Origin: a virus
IMG/VR virus record: IMGVR_UViG_3300003886_000002
Direction: 5' to 3' (one strand)
Length of the DNA stretch: 64,000 nucleotides
Shown here: in pieces, positions 25,884 through 34,020 of the stretch
Numbering within the stretch: position 1 is the first letter of the stretch
Layout of the letters: each line of letters opens with the position of its first letter
Program-made: the position numbers and the translations under genes
The notes under the pieces: generated by a model
The model's database searches: none
What the model was told of the DNA's origin: nothing
What the model saw: only the letters and a program-made list of their open reading frames with translations

Positions 25884-26157
25884 CGTCGCCACCTACGATC
25901 GCTGACCGTGCCTGCCACACGTCATCAGCAGAGAACTGCCCGTTTGTCACCCAAGCCTCAACGATGTAGAAGCACGCGTCCTCACCGTTTCCGGGGTCCG
26001 CGTTGCCGACGGGTAACGCCGCGAACGGGGCGAGTGCAGTCCGCAACCGCTCAAGTTCGGCGGCGAGGTCACTGAGCAGCGCGACGATGTGGCCTGTGCC
26101 GACACCTCGTGACTGGTGTGCGATCTCGTCAACGACACGTTGCTGGATGTCACTCAT
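25876..26157 (-). CDS. small coiled-coil phage protein (ELERLR)
   Basis: ATGA overlap; ends VGGDDE*. Confidence 0.6.
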   Translation of the reverse strand: MSDIQQRVVDEIAHQSRGVGTGHIVALLSDLAAELERLRTALAPFAALPVGNADPGNGEDACFYIVEAWVTNGQFSADDVWQARSAIVGGDDE

Positions 26158-26207
26158 GTCGCTGCCCCATTGCACCTGTGTGGTGTCCGTTCATCAATAT
26201 CATTCAT
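26154..26207 (-). CDS. 17-codon bridging mini-ORF (MNDIDERTPHRCNGAAT)
   Basis: Starts inside the upstream stop context (ATGAATGA) and ends overlapping the next ATG (ATGA). Confidence 0.4.
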   Translation of the reverse strand: MNDIDERTPHRCNGAAT

Positions 26208-26403
26208 GTTCATCCTCCATAAGGCGTTCCCACCTGTCGTCAGCCCCGGATGCTTCGGCCCTCATTGCCAGTCTCCAACACCACATACCTGCCCATACGG
26301 CAATGGCAGCGGGAAAGGATCGTATCACACCGAAAACAAGTAGGGCGCTACCGACGAACCAAGCGAACACGGCTACAATCAGCCACTTCATCTCATTGCT
26401 CAT
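26200..26403 (-). CDS. small two-TM membrane protein
   Basis: Two hydrophobic segments. Confidence 0.6.
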   Translation of the reverse strand: MSNEMKWLIVAVFAWFVGSALLVFGVIRSFPAAIAVWAGMWCWRLAMRAEASGADDRWERLMEDEHE

Positions 26404-26674
26404 ACGTAGCCTCCTCCGGTGCAGGGCCTAGCGATGCACAGTCCATGCCACCGGTCCCCTCGCCGTGCGGCACGAACCTGTCAGGGATCTCATCCCCAAT
26501 CCATTCGAAGAACTCCCTTGACTCATCGCAGGTGCCATGGAAATGCAAGGTGACCACCCACATCTGCCGCGCGTCTACCCCACTCGCGTCCAGAGAGCAG
26601 CCTAGGCTGCCCGCAGGCGCCTGCTCACTCACGGACGGGTCATCGGGCACGGGGAGATTCTCCATGCCCTGCAA
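26393..26674 (-). CDS. hypothetical protein
   Basis: ORF track. Confidence 0.5.
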   Translation of the reverse strand: MQGMENLPVPDDPSVSEQAPAGSLGCSLDASGVDARQMWVVTLHFHGTCDESREFFEWIGDEIPDRFVPHGEGTGGMDCASLGPAPEEATYEQ

Positions 26675-26695
26675 CCTAACAGACAGGGGTGACAG

Positions 26696-27196
26696 TCAAG
26701 CCCGGGTGAGTGCCCTCACGTTCGCAGCGATCGTCTGGAAAGCGTTCATGCGACTCTCGATCGAACGCATAGCTTTCGCGGATGAATCCTTAGCCGCGAC
26801 CCGAATCTCATACTCCTCATACATGGTTCCCCCTGCATCATGGTCATCTTGACAAGGGCACCTTGGGGAACCACAAACCATCTCTTTCGAAAATGCTTCA
26901 CGCGTATCCCTGGCCCCCTTGTCCCCTGACCGAACAATCTGTGTGATGCACCGATCCCGATGATTCTTCCACCTAGCCTCGGCGCGTGCCGCCTGATCAG
27001 CTAAATGGACATGAGTCTCAGTTAGGTTCGCCAACTCGTCGTCGGCACGCATGATGCGCTCTTCGACCTCTGCCATAGTGACAGGAGGCTGATATGGTAA
27101 CCCATCATTCGCCTCAACCGTCTGTGATGCACCGTGTTGGGTATCTGCGTCTGCAACGCTGTACCCATCACCCCATTGCAGTAATGCATGTGTCAT
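26696..27196 (-). CDS. coiled-coil phage protein
   Basis: Long amphipathic helices; ends FQTIAANVRA. Confidence 0.65.
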   Translation of the reverse strand: MTHALLQWGDGYSVADADTQHGASQTVEANDGLPYQPPVTMAEVEERIMRADDELANLTETHVHLADQAARAEARWKNHRDRCITQIVRSGDKGARDTREAFSKEMVCGSPRCPCQDDHDAGGTMYEEYEIRVAAKDSSAKAMRSIESRMNAFQTIAANVRALTRA

Positions 27197-27420
27197 AGAG
27201 CACGGATACTAGCAGCAGATGAGTCCCCACAGTCAAACGCAAGCCGCGTTCCTGCCGATGGTGTGATCTCTGTCGGGTTTCGTAGACTAGCGGGCACTCT
27301 AACCCCAGGTTCTGTCACGTAACGGTACGTTGCTCCGCAATACCAGCAATAATCCCCACTAGCGATGCTGCTCCAACCAACGGGCTGATGATCCCGGTCG
27401 CACCATCTGTTACACGACAT
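27193..27420 (-). CDS. small Cys-containing protein
   Basis: ORF track; ATGA overlap. Confidence 0.45.
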   Translation of the reverse strand: MSCNRWCDRDHQPVGWSSIASGDYCWYCGATYRYVTEPGVRVPASLRNPTEITPSAGTRLAFDCGDSSAASIRAL

Positions 27421-27442
27421 GTAGAAAGACTATGTCCTGGAT

Positions 27443-28567
27443 TTATTCGGTGGCCACCTGCGCCAACAACTCTGCAACCTGCCTGATCTTAGATAGATCC
27501 CCAGCCAAGTCGACCTGTACCGCCTGAACCGCACGCTGCACAGCCGCCTCGATCGAACCGTTGATGAAATCTGCATCTGTTTCAGACACGGCAGCAGCGA
27601 TACGTGCCACATCTGCATCACTGATATCTACACCAGCCATCTCTACGTTCTGTGCATGCAACTCAACGGAGACGTTGGGGCTGTTCTCTGTGATCTCATG
27701 CATGCGTTTAAATGCGACTGCACCGTCGAAATCTAAGACACGTAGCCCAAGTGAATCGATGCCGTACCAGGGGGCAGTGGTCCCCTGCACACGGTAGATC
27801 ACACCGGTCTTCTGATTTGCAAGTCCGAAGGACATCAATCCAAGGGTTTTGACATCGATGTGATCGATAATCCTGTCTGCTTCTGACACTGTAATCTCCT
27901 GTGTAGGTGGGGTTGGTGGGGGAACAGGTACTGGCGATGGGGGAGTCTCCCCTAAAGCCTCCTTAACTGCTGAGAGCACTAAACCAAGATTCAGTTTGCC
28001 TGCATCCCAGTGAGAGTTCGCTATTACCCGTTGATGCGATGTAACCCACTTGCAACCATACCATGTTCCCTGGTCGAATCGGATCGGGCTGCTAACAGTA
28101 GCAAGCACGATGCCTTCATTGGCGCCGTAGGTGCGTTCTACATATTCGAGGTCAAGGTCACCCCCGACGCTACGAATGAACCTTACCACAGGGGCAACCA
28201 TCTCTGCCCCGATCCATTCGACATCAGCCCTAGACCAGCTCTGTGTTTCTGCTGCACGACCCGCTATTTCACATTGTATTGCCCTTGCATGGTTCGTCTC
28301 TGGGGCACCCCTGGGACGCCGAAGGGAACGCGCTACCTTGTCTAACGGGACTGTCTGTAACCTCCACCGCTTGCCTGCACGTGGGTCAATCCACAGGTGC
28401 GGGGCACTCGGGTGGCCCTTAGCCAAAGACCTGAATGATGCAAGATTAGGAGAGGCCCCTTCGATGGTGTGCAGTACAATCCTCCACGGCAAATCACTGC
28501 GACGATAGCTGTTCCCGCGTGGGGTCTTGCCACTGATTTGTTCGTACCCTGGGAGTAAAGCGCTCAT
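27443..28567 (-). CDS. endolysin, N-acetylmuramoyl-L-alanine amidase (Amidase_2-like)
   Basis: IVLHTIEG, APHL, AIQCEIAG, HQRV...HWDAG; Pro-rich linker followed by a C-terminal domain. Confidence 0.88.
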   Translation of the reverse strand: MSALLPGYEQISGKTPRGNSYRRSDLPWRIVLHTIEGASPNLASFRSLAKGHPSAPHLWIDPRAGKRWRLQTVPLDKVARSLRRPRGAPETNHARAIQCEIAGRAAETQSWSRADVEWIGAEMVAPVVRFIRSVGGDLDLEYVERTYGANEGIVLATVSSPIRFDQGTWYGCKWVTSHQRVIANSHWDAGKLNLGLVLSAVKEALGETPPSPVPVPPPTPPTQEITVSEADRIIDHIDVKTLGLMSFGLANQKTGVIYRVQGTTAPWYGIDSLGLRVLDFDGAVAFKRMHEITENSPNVSVELHAQNVEMAGVDISDADVARIAAAVSETDADFINGSIEAAVQRAVQAVQVDLAGDLSKIRQVAELLAQVATE

Positions 28568-28583
28568 GTGCCCTCACATGCTG

Positions 28584-28790
28584 CTAGTTGACAACGGTTA
28601 ACCAACCGGCGTTTATGATTGTATCGAGTTGTGATCCACTGGCCCAAATGATGTCACCAGATTTCCGATGTGAAATTGCGATAGTTGTAGTCACCTGTAT
28701 GGGGGCACGTCCGTCGTCTTCACCGAAAAAGATAGGGTCGTCTACCGTTTCCCCAGACTTTTTCTTTCCGCACCCACATCCCATATGCAC
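28584..28790 (-). CDS. small hypothetical protein (MGCGCGKKK)
   Basis: ORF track. Confidence 0.55.
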   Translation of the reverse strand: MHMGCGCGKKKSGETVDDPIFFGEDDGRAPIQVTTTIAISHRKSGDIIWASGSQLDTIINAGWLTVVN

Positions 28791-28947
28791 CCATTCTCAG
28801 GTTTCTAGTTTCCTACTGACTTAGTTCCTACAGGCCGAGGGTTTCTCATAGAGCGTCTCGCCCCCGGACGCACCCTCTTCACCACAGGTGATACCCCCTT
28901 GGCAGACAGGGCGTCACGTTTCTTCTTACCGCAATTGCAGCCCACTG

Positions 28948-29205
28948 TTACTCGCTGTTCTTGTTGGATTGGCGACGCCGGGATGGAGCCTTTTCATCTG
29001 TAGGGGCATCATCAGGAGTGTCGTCGCTAGGGGCAGATTCGGAAGGCGAGTCATCCGTTTCCTTTACAGGTGCAGGGGCAGGCTTAGCGGCACCGTCTAC
29101 AGGCAACGCGTAGCCACCCACCACCAGACTGTCGTCATCATCAAGTTCGATAACAGCCCCTGCCTTCTTCCCTGCAAGGTTTATGGTAAGCCGATATTGG
29201 CTCAT
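28948..29205 (-). CDS. small protein with acidic/Pro-rich tail
   Basis: ORF track; AGGAG SD. Confidence 0.6.
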   Translation of the reverse strand: MSQYRLTINLAGKKAGAVIELDDDDSLVVGGYALPVDGAAKPAPAPVKETDDSPSESAPSDDTPDDAPTDEKAPSRRRQSNKNSE

Positions 29206-29207
29206 GC

Positions 29208-29453
29208 CTATTCTCCCTTAAGTCCATACACGGGCTCTACAGCTTTTCCAAGCAGCTTGCCCAATTCAGGTCTGCTCTGCTCAATCTTACGAACCACTGC
29301 GTAGTAAACACTTCCCGCTACCAATGTGGCGATAGGGGTGACAGCGTCAGAGCCAAGATCGAACCCCCACTTAGCCGCCACAGCAATAACGGTGCCTACA
29401 ACGAAAGGCACCACTGTGCGGACAATCGAGGTTCCATAATCACTCAAGTTCAT
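29208..29453 (-). CDS. holin
   Basis: Two TM segments, IVRTVVP motif, basic C-terminus, near the amidase. Confidence 0.75.
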   Translation of the reverse strand: MNLSDYGTSIVRTVVPFVVGTVIAVAAKWGFDLGSDAVTPIATLVAGSVYYAVVRKIEQSRPELGKLLGKAVEPVYGLKGE

Positions 29454-30268
29454 AACTCCTCCAGGAGTTCGACATCAGGGCCTACATCCATCATGGTATC
29501 ACCATCAGGGAGCAGGTCAAGGGTTCCAACCCACCCTACAACATTTCCTGACCCATCATGCAACGGAGACGCAGAACCCCTAACGTTTGCCACCGCAGAA
29601 GTGTTGACATTGCGCAGCCGATAAATGGCGGTGAAGTCCTTATGCTCATCTACAGCCTTTCCCCAAGTCCTAAAAACCCGGTCCCTGTCTACGGGGTGCA
29701 GAGACTCTGCCCACCCTTCCCCCTGCGCTTCCTCTATAGGGAGCCCTGTCAAACGTGTCCATGCAGGGTTGACATAGGTGCACCAGCCACTATCGTCTGT
29801 TTCGAACACCGGCATATCTAATGCACGGTAGATTTGGCGTATGCGTCCTGTTGCCCCAACAGCTTCTTGTAACACAGATTCTGACATCTCGGAAAGTTTG
29901 ATGATCTGTAGGTCCACCCCACCGAAGCGTTCCTCTAAACAGCTATGGATATCGTCCACTCTGGCAATCACTTGATCTTGGCGTGTCCACGCCGCCACTG
30001 ATCCGTTAGCCAAAATCTCCTGGTTTGCTTTCAGTCCGTCGAGGCGGTCAACGACTGATGACCCCCCATTAGGTTTGCTTACCTTGTCATCTACGACAGC
30101 GCCCACAACCCGCTCACCCCACTCCGTGACAGGCAAGGCGACTAGACGACGCCATAGCCACTTTGCCGGACGAGTCCTGCTAAGCCCACCTATGGCAGCA
30201 ACCACTGCTGCAACCCAAATAGTTTGTTCACCAATCTGTCGCAGCAATGCAACTAACGCCAAAGTCAT
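29450..30268 (-). CDS. lysis-cassette membrane protein with C-terminal PAS/PAC domain
   Basis: N-terminal TM, KPNGGSS..DRL, coiled coil; aa ~142-252 contain PVFETD..G.CTYVN.AW..LTG...EE..G.GW...LHP.DR...YRLR...ASP..D..G.VVGW.G. Confidence 0.85.
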   Translation of the reverse strand: MTLALVALLRQIGEQTIWVAAVVAAIGGLSRTRPAKWLWRRLVALPVTEWGERVVGAVVDDKVSKPNGGSSVVDRLDGLKANQEILANGSVAAWTRQDQVIARVDDIHSCLEERFGGVDLQIIKLSEMSESVLQEAVGATGRIRQIYRALDMPVFETDDSGWCTYVNPAWTRLTGLPIEEAQGEGWAESLHPVDRDRVFRTWGKAVDEHKDFTAIYRLRNVNTSAVANVRGSASPLHDGSGNVVGWVGTLDLLPDGDTMMDVGPDVELLEEL

Positions 30269-30294
30269 GATTGACAGCCCACATAGGTCAGTTG

Positions 30295-30621
30295 CTACGG
30301 ACCGGGGACATACCCGGTTAGGAATGTGGCGGTATCTGCGCTAGCTCCTATGGCGATAAGGTCAGCATGGGCTGCTACAGCATCGGCAGTATAGGCAGCC
30401 CTGTCGGCTGCCATAACCGCGTCGATGCTTGCACTGCGGTCAGGTGCAGTATCGCGTCTTGCCATGATGGCGTCATATTCTGCTTCTGTTATCTCAACGA
30501 AGTCATTTTGCATAACCCCTGAAACCCCGACAACGTCCCCATCTGCATTTGTAACTGTTTCCTCAACCCCTACAGTATTAGGGTCTCCAGGATACTGCCA
30601 CCATCGCTTAGTCGTTGCCAT
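30295..30621 (-). CDS. putative tail-fibre assembly chaperone-like protein
   Basis: ATGA overlap; RWWQY...VEITEAEYDAI; follows tail-tip genes. Confidence 0.45.
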   Translation of the reverse strand: MATTKRWWQYPGDPNTVGVEETVTNADGDVVGVSGVMQNDFVEITEAEYDAIMARRDTAPDRSASIDAVMAADRAAYTADAVAAHADLIAIGASADTATFLTGYVPGP

Positions 30622-31442
30622 CAGACCGTCCTCGCAATAATGAATGTGTTGAAGCCGCCACCGACAAGAAAGGCTTGTCCAACGCGTGCAGTGGCAGAAC
30701 CAGCCCCCATTTCCCCGCGCCAAGCCACACGGAAACGCGTTGTGGCGTCAGGGGCAAGGTAAGCAGAAAGTGTTACCCCGGAACCGTTAGGGCGAACAAA
30801 CCGCAGATTGAATCCGTCGTTGCTCTCGTCATCGAGCAGGTTCCCCACCTCGTTGGTGCCTGCAAATGGGACAGCGAACCCTAGAAACCCATCACCCGGG
30901 TAGGGGGCCGGGTCATCCCAAATGTTCCCCACGAAAGAAGTCTTTAAAGTAACCCCAGAATCCATGACAGCCTGTGTGGGGCCAAGCTGAATCACATACT
31001 CAACCAGCATCGGGCGAGAAGACGAAGGGTTAGATAGAAGGATCTCTACTGGGGTAGACAACCCGAAGGGTGCCCCACTGTCGTTCCATGGGTTGGGACC
31101 TGGGAACGACCCTGTATCTATCCCCCATGAGAACACAAATCCGGTAGGGAGCCCCCCTGTAGCACCTATAAGCGATGACACTCCCCTTACGGTGCGCGCT
31201 GTCGCGTTAGGGAAAGCAAACAAATCGCCTGTAACCTGGTCACAGTTAAGCCCATTGGTGTTAGTTATGTCTGCAACAGGGAACTCGTCATCGATCGTCC
31301 CGTCATACGGCCACTGCTGTGGGACAGCAGGAAGATTCTGTCTATGGGTGCGCGCCCCCTTGACCTCCAGCTCCCCTGTAACAACATTGATCTCAAATCC
31401 GCAGCCTATACACGGTTCAGCAGTCATGGCTATGGTGTCCAA
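30621..31442 (-). CDS. minor tail / receptor-binding protein
   Basis: Position at the end of the tail module; beta-rich C-terminus. Confidence 0.55.
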   Translation of the reverse strand: MDTIAMTAEPCIGCGFEINVVTGELEVKGARTHRQNLPAVPQQWPYDGTIDDEFPVADITNTNGLNCDQVTGDLFAFPNATARTVRGVSSLIGATGGLPTGFVFSWGIDTGSFPGPNPWNDSGAPFGLSTPVEILLSNPSSSRPMLVEYVIQLGPTQAVMDSGVTLKTSFVGNIWDDPAPYPGDGFLGFAVPFAGTNEVGNLLDDESNDGFNLRFVRPNGSGVTLSAYLAPDATTRFRVAWRGEMGAGSATARVGQAFLVGGGFNTFIIARTV

Positions 31443-31822
31443 ACTAGATCTAGTGAAGCGATCTGCTGTTGCACAAGCATCAAACTTGCTATCGCAGCAA
31501 CAGGGTCGTCATCAGGGTACAGGACAGGGGCTAAAACAGGGTCGTTCGCAACAGTGTCGAGGCGTGTCTGTGCATCAACAAGGTTGTCCCGATGCGCCTG
31601 GAAAAATGTATCTGTTGCAGTCACAATATCTACAGGTGGGGCCTGTTGGGCAGTAAGGTCTGTGACGCGTTGCTGCGCATCAATGATTGATTGATCTGCA
31701 ACAGTCGTGTCTGCTGCGGCGTCAATCAGTAGAAGTAGCTGCTTATACCACTGTGCAGATATAACTGATTGGTTCGCCTCTCTATGTGCGTCATCAACAG
31801 TTTTACTCACCGTTATTGGCAT
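31430..31822 (-). CDS. helical hypothetical protein in the tail-tip cluster
   Basis: ORF track. Confidence 0.55.
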   Translation of the reverse strand: MPITVSKTVDDAHREANQSVISAQWYKQLLLLIDAAADTTVADQSIIDAQQRVTDLTAQQAPPVDIVTATDTFFQAHRDNLVDAQTRLDTVANDPVLAPVLYPDDDPVAAIASLMLVQQQIASLDLVWTP

Positions 31823-32621
31823 TAGGGCTCAACCTCGTGATGCTAAGAAATCTTGGGAACCCCGGACCTCCAGGGCCTATTGGATGCGGGGCAGTTGGGC
31901 CGAAAGAGTCAGTAATGTTAAAGTACCCTTCGACTATATCCCCATCAGACAATTCGATCTGGCACGTACAGTTCATGATCTTAGATGTTGGGAAAACACG
32001 CTCCTGCCTTTGACTAGCGACAACAACCCCGTTGACACGAATCTGTACCCCCACAGTAGTGCTCAAATTGCTCCCAGAAGGGTCATCCCGCTCTTGCATG
32101 GAAATGAGGTGCCAACCCGCCAACCCTACAGGCACCACGAACCTCATTGATCCTGTTGATATGTCTAGATACAAACACGGATCGGTGAACCCTATGAGTG
32201 TGTCATACAACACTGGCACTACCGATGGGATACCTGCCCCAGCAGACGGAGGAACGATTTGCAACGCAAGCATCTCGATCGACGCACGGCACATTACTGC
32301 CAGACTTGCTGCTGGCACATAGGAGCCGTTGCCCCTACACTCAAGGGTGTTCCCTATATCGGGTGAAATGATAGGGTCTGCTGTAAGAGGATCTACGACC
32401 GTGCCTGACCCACCCAGGTCGATGCAGTTAGTGTCCAGGACCGTTACAGAGGATTCAGTGAAAAGCCCGGCGGGACGACACTCGATCTGGTTATCTAGGT
32501 CTGGGTCTATCTCCACGTTTATTTGGAACGGAGACGCGACACTACCTGACCCGGCGAAGGTCGTACAGTCCCCATCTATGAACGTGCATAAACAATCTTG
32601 TGCACAGCCACATCTTGCCAT
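31803..32621 (-). CDS. minor tail protein (tail fibre N-terminal type)
   Basis: MARCGC; two D..C..(F/L).GSG...P...I.PD repeats. Confidence 0.65.
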   Translation of the reverse strand: MARCGCAQDCLCTFIDGDCTTFAGSGSVASPFQINVEIDPDLDNQIECRPAGLFTESSVTVLDTNCIDLGGSGTVVDPLTADPIISPDIGNTLECRGNGSYVPAASLAVMCRASIEMLALQIVPPSAGAGIPSVVPVLYDTLIGFTDPCLYLDISTGSMRFVVPVGLAGWHLISMQERDDPSGSNLSTTVGVQIRVNGVVVASQRQERVFPTSKIMNCTCQIELSDGDIVEGYFNITDSFGPTAPHPIGPGGPGFPRFLSITRLSPNANNGE

Positions 32622-32710
32622 GTCAACACACTACCTTTATAGCGGAACCACCAAGTATAAACATGTTCTGCATCACGTCTCCTGTAGCCTAGGGTAGCGC
32701 ACGGAGCCCG

Positions 32711-32902
32711 TCACGTCTTGGTCCCAATCTCAGGGCCTACAGACCCTGTGGGAACATATAGGTACCTTAGGCCGTCATCCACTTCGACTAGGACGAAACC
32801 GCGGTCGGGAGGATTTGAGCCTGCCTGTTCAATGCGTCGTAGACGGCGGTCTAGGTCGCGGACCCACGCCACCATCCCTTTTTCGTCTTTACGGTAAGAC
32901 AT
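32711..32902 (-). CDS. small minor tail protein
   Basis: LDRRLRRIE coiled coil directly after the hub-like gene. Confidence 0.6.
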   Translation of the reverse strand: MSYRKDEKGMVAWVRDLDRRLRRIEQAGSNPPDRGFVLVEVDDGLRYLYVPTGSVGPEIGTKT

Positions 32903-32910
32903 AATTTCCT

Positions 32911-34017
32911 TTACAGGCCTATGGATTCTGCATCCCGGACATCTAAAGACTCTACCTCGACTGTCCCCAATGGCTGTAGCGACACCATAACATTCCCATT
33001 GAAGTTGACTTCCACACGGTCCAAACGGAAATCTCTAACTAGTTTGCGGCACGTGGCTTGCGAATCAAGACGTACCCTTATCCCTGGGATCAGTTCTGCG
33101 ACAGTGATCGGGGCAGTGGTCTTTAAAGCACCACTACGTGTTGTAGTAATGAAAGTGGGGTCGCGTAGATACTCCACTCTTGATTGGGCGGCGTCGTCTA
33201 CTGACGCCTGATCCTCAATGTCTGGTTCTTCGAACACACGTACAATTTCCCCTGCGAACAAAGCGAAATCGTTGTCACGTGCTACCCCTGTCACCCCTTT
33301 GCCTTTAACCACCACAACTGTTGCTTTGTCGTTCCCACGTTCCTCAATCGTGGGGGGGGCAGTGAAATGTTCATCTAGGAGAGTTACGTATGGGGCCACC
33401 GGGATCTCTTGTGGCCCGACTAGGATCGTTCTGCTGTATGCAGTCCAATCCACCCCTGTGTTCCCTAACTCCTCTAGGTGGTCACGGGCATAGTCGTATT
33501 GGGAACCATCGATGTTGCGGTCCCCGTATATCCCACTTGGGGTAGGGGAAAGGATGATGTTGGGGGAAGTGTCGCTTGACATTGCGTTGTCAGATACTGC
33601 AACGAAAATGTCTGTGAGATCTTTCCTAGTGAAGTTCATTGACCCTACGACACGTCGATCCCACCATGAAGACAAATCCGATGCGGTGATAGACACCTTT
33701 CCGTGTTGGAAAATCGCGTTTGTTACAGGACCTACCCATGCGTCACGTCCGTCACGGTAAACAAGGATTTCTGTTGCCCACGTATAGACATCTGCAAGTG
33801 CCTCGCAGCACGAAACATCCAGACCGCCCCCTACAGTTGCGGTGAGGGACAGCTCACTTGTGTCATCAAGACGACGGTCAAATCTCCCCTCGTCAGGGTT
33901 GATTTCAGCTATAACATTCTGTCCCCCACGGGTTAGCAACACTACACGCAGGTCGTCGCCACTCCCCAAGATCGCACCCGGCTTACACCCTATGTCATAA
34001 GCAGTCTCATGTCCCAT
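32911..34017 (-). CDS. minor tail protein (Tal/hub-like, ReqiPepy6 gp37-like pattern)
   Basis: RRLDDTSELSL, EILVYRDGRDAWVGPV, LIPGIRVRL; position after the Dit-like gene. Confidence 0.75.
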   Translation of the reverse strand: MGHETAYDIGCKPGAILGSGDDLRVVLLTRGGQNVIAEINPDEGRFDRRLDDTSELSLTATVGGGLDVSCCEALADVYTWATEILVYRDGRDAWVGPVTNAIFQHGKVSITASDLSSWWDRRVVGSMNFTRKDLTDIFVAVSDNAMSSDTSPNIILSPTPSGIYGDRNIDGSQYDYARDHLEELGNTGVDWTAYSRTILVGPQEIPVAPYVTLLDEHFTAPPTIEERGNDKATVVVVKGKGVTGVARDNDFALFAGEIVRVFEEPDIEDQASVDDAAQSRVEYLRDPTFITTTRSGALKTTAPITVAELIPGIRVRLDSQATCRKLVRDFRLDRVEVNFNGNVMVSLQPLGTVEVESLDVRDAESIGL

Positions 34018-34020
34018 GAG

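Noticed and set aside
28810-28890. Possible ~26-codon basic mini-ORF in the lysis cassette (minus strand)
   Set aside because: Too short, weak SD, no supporting motif.
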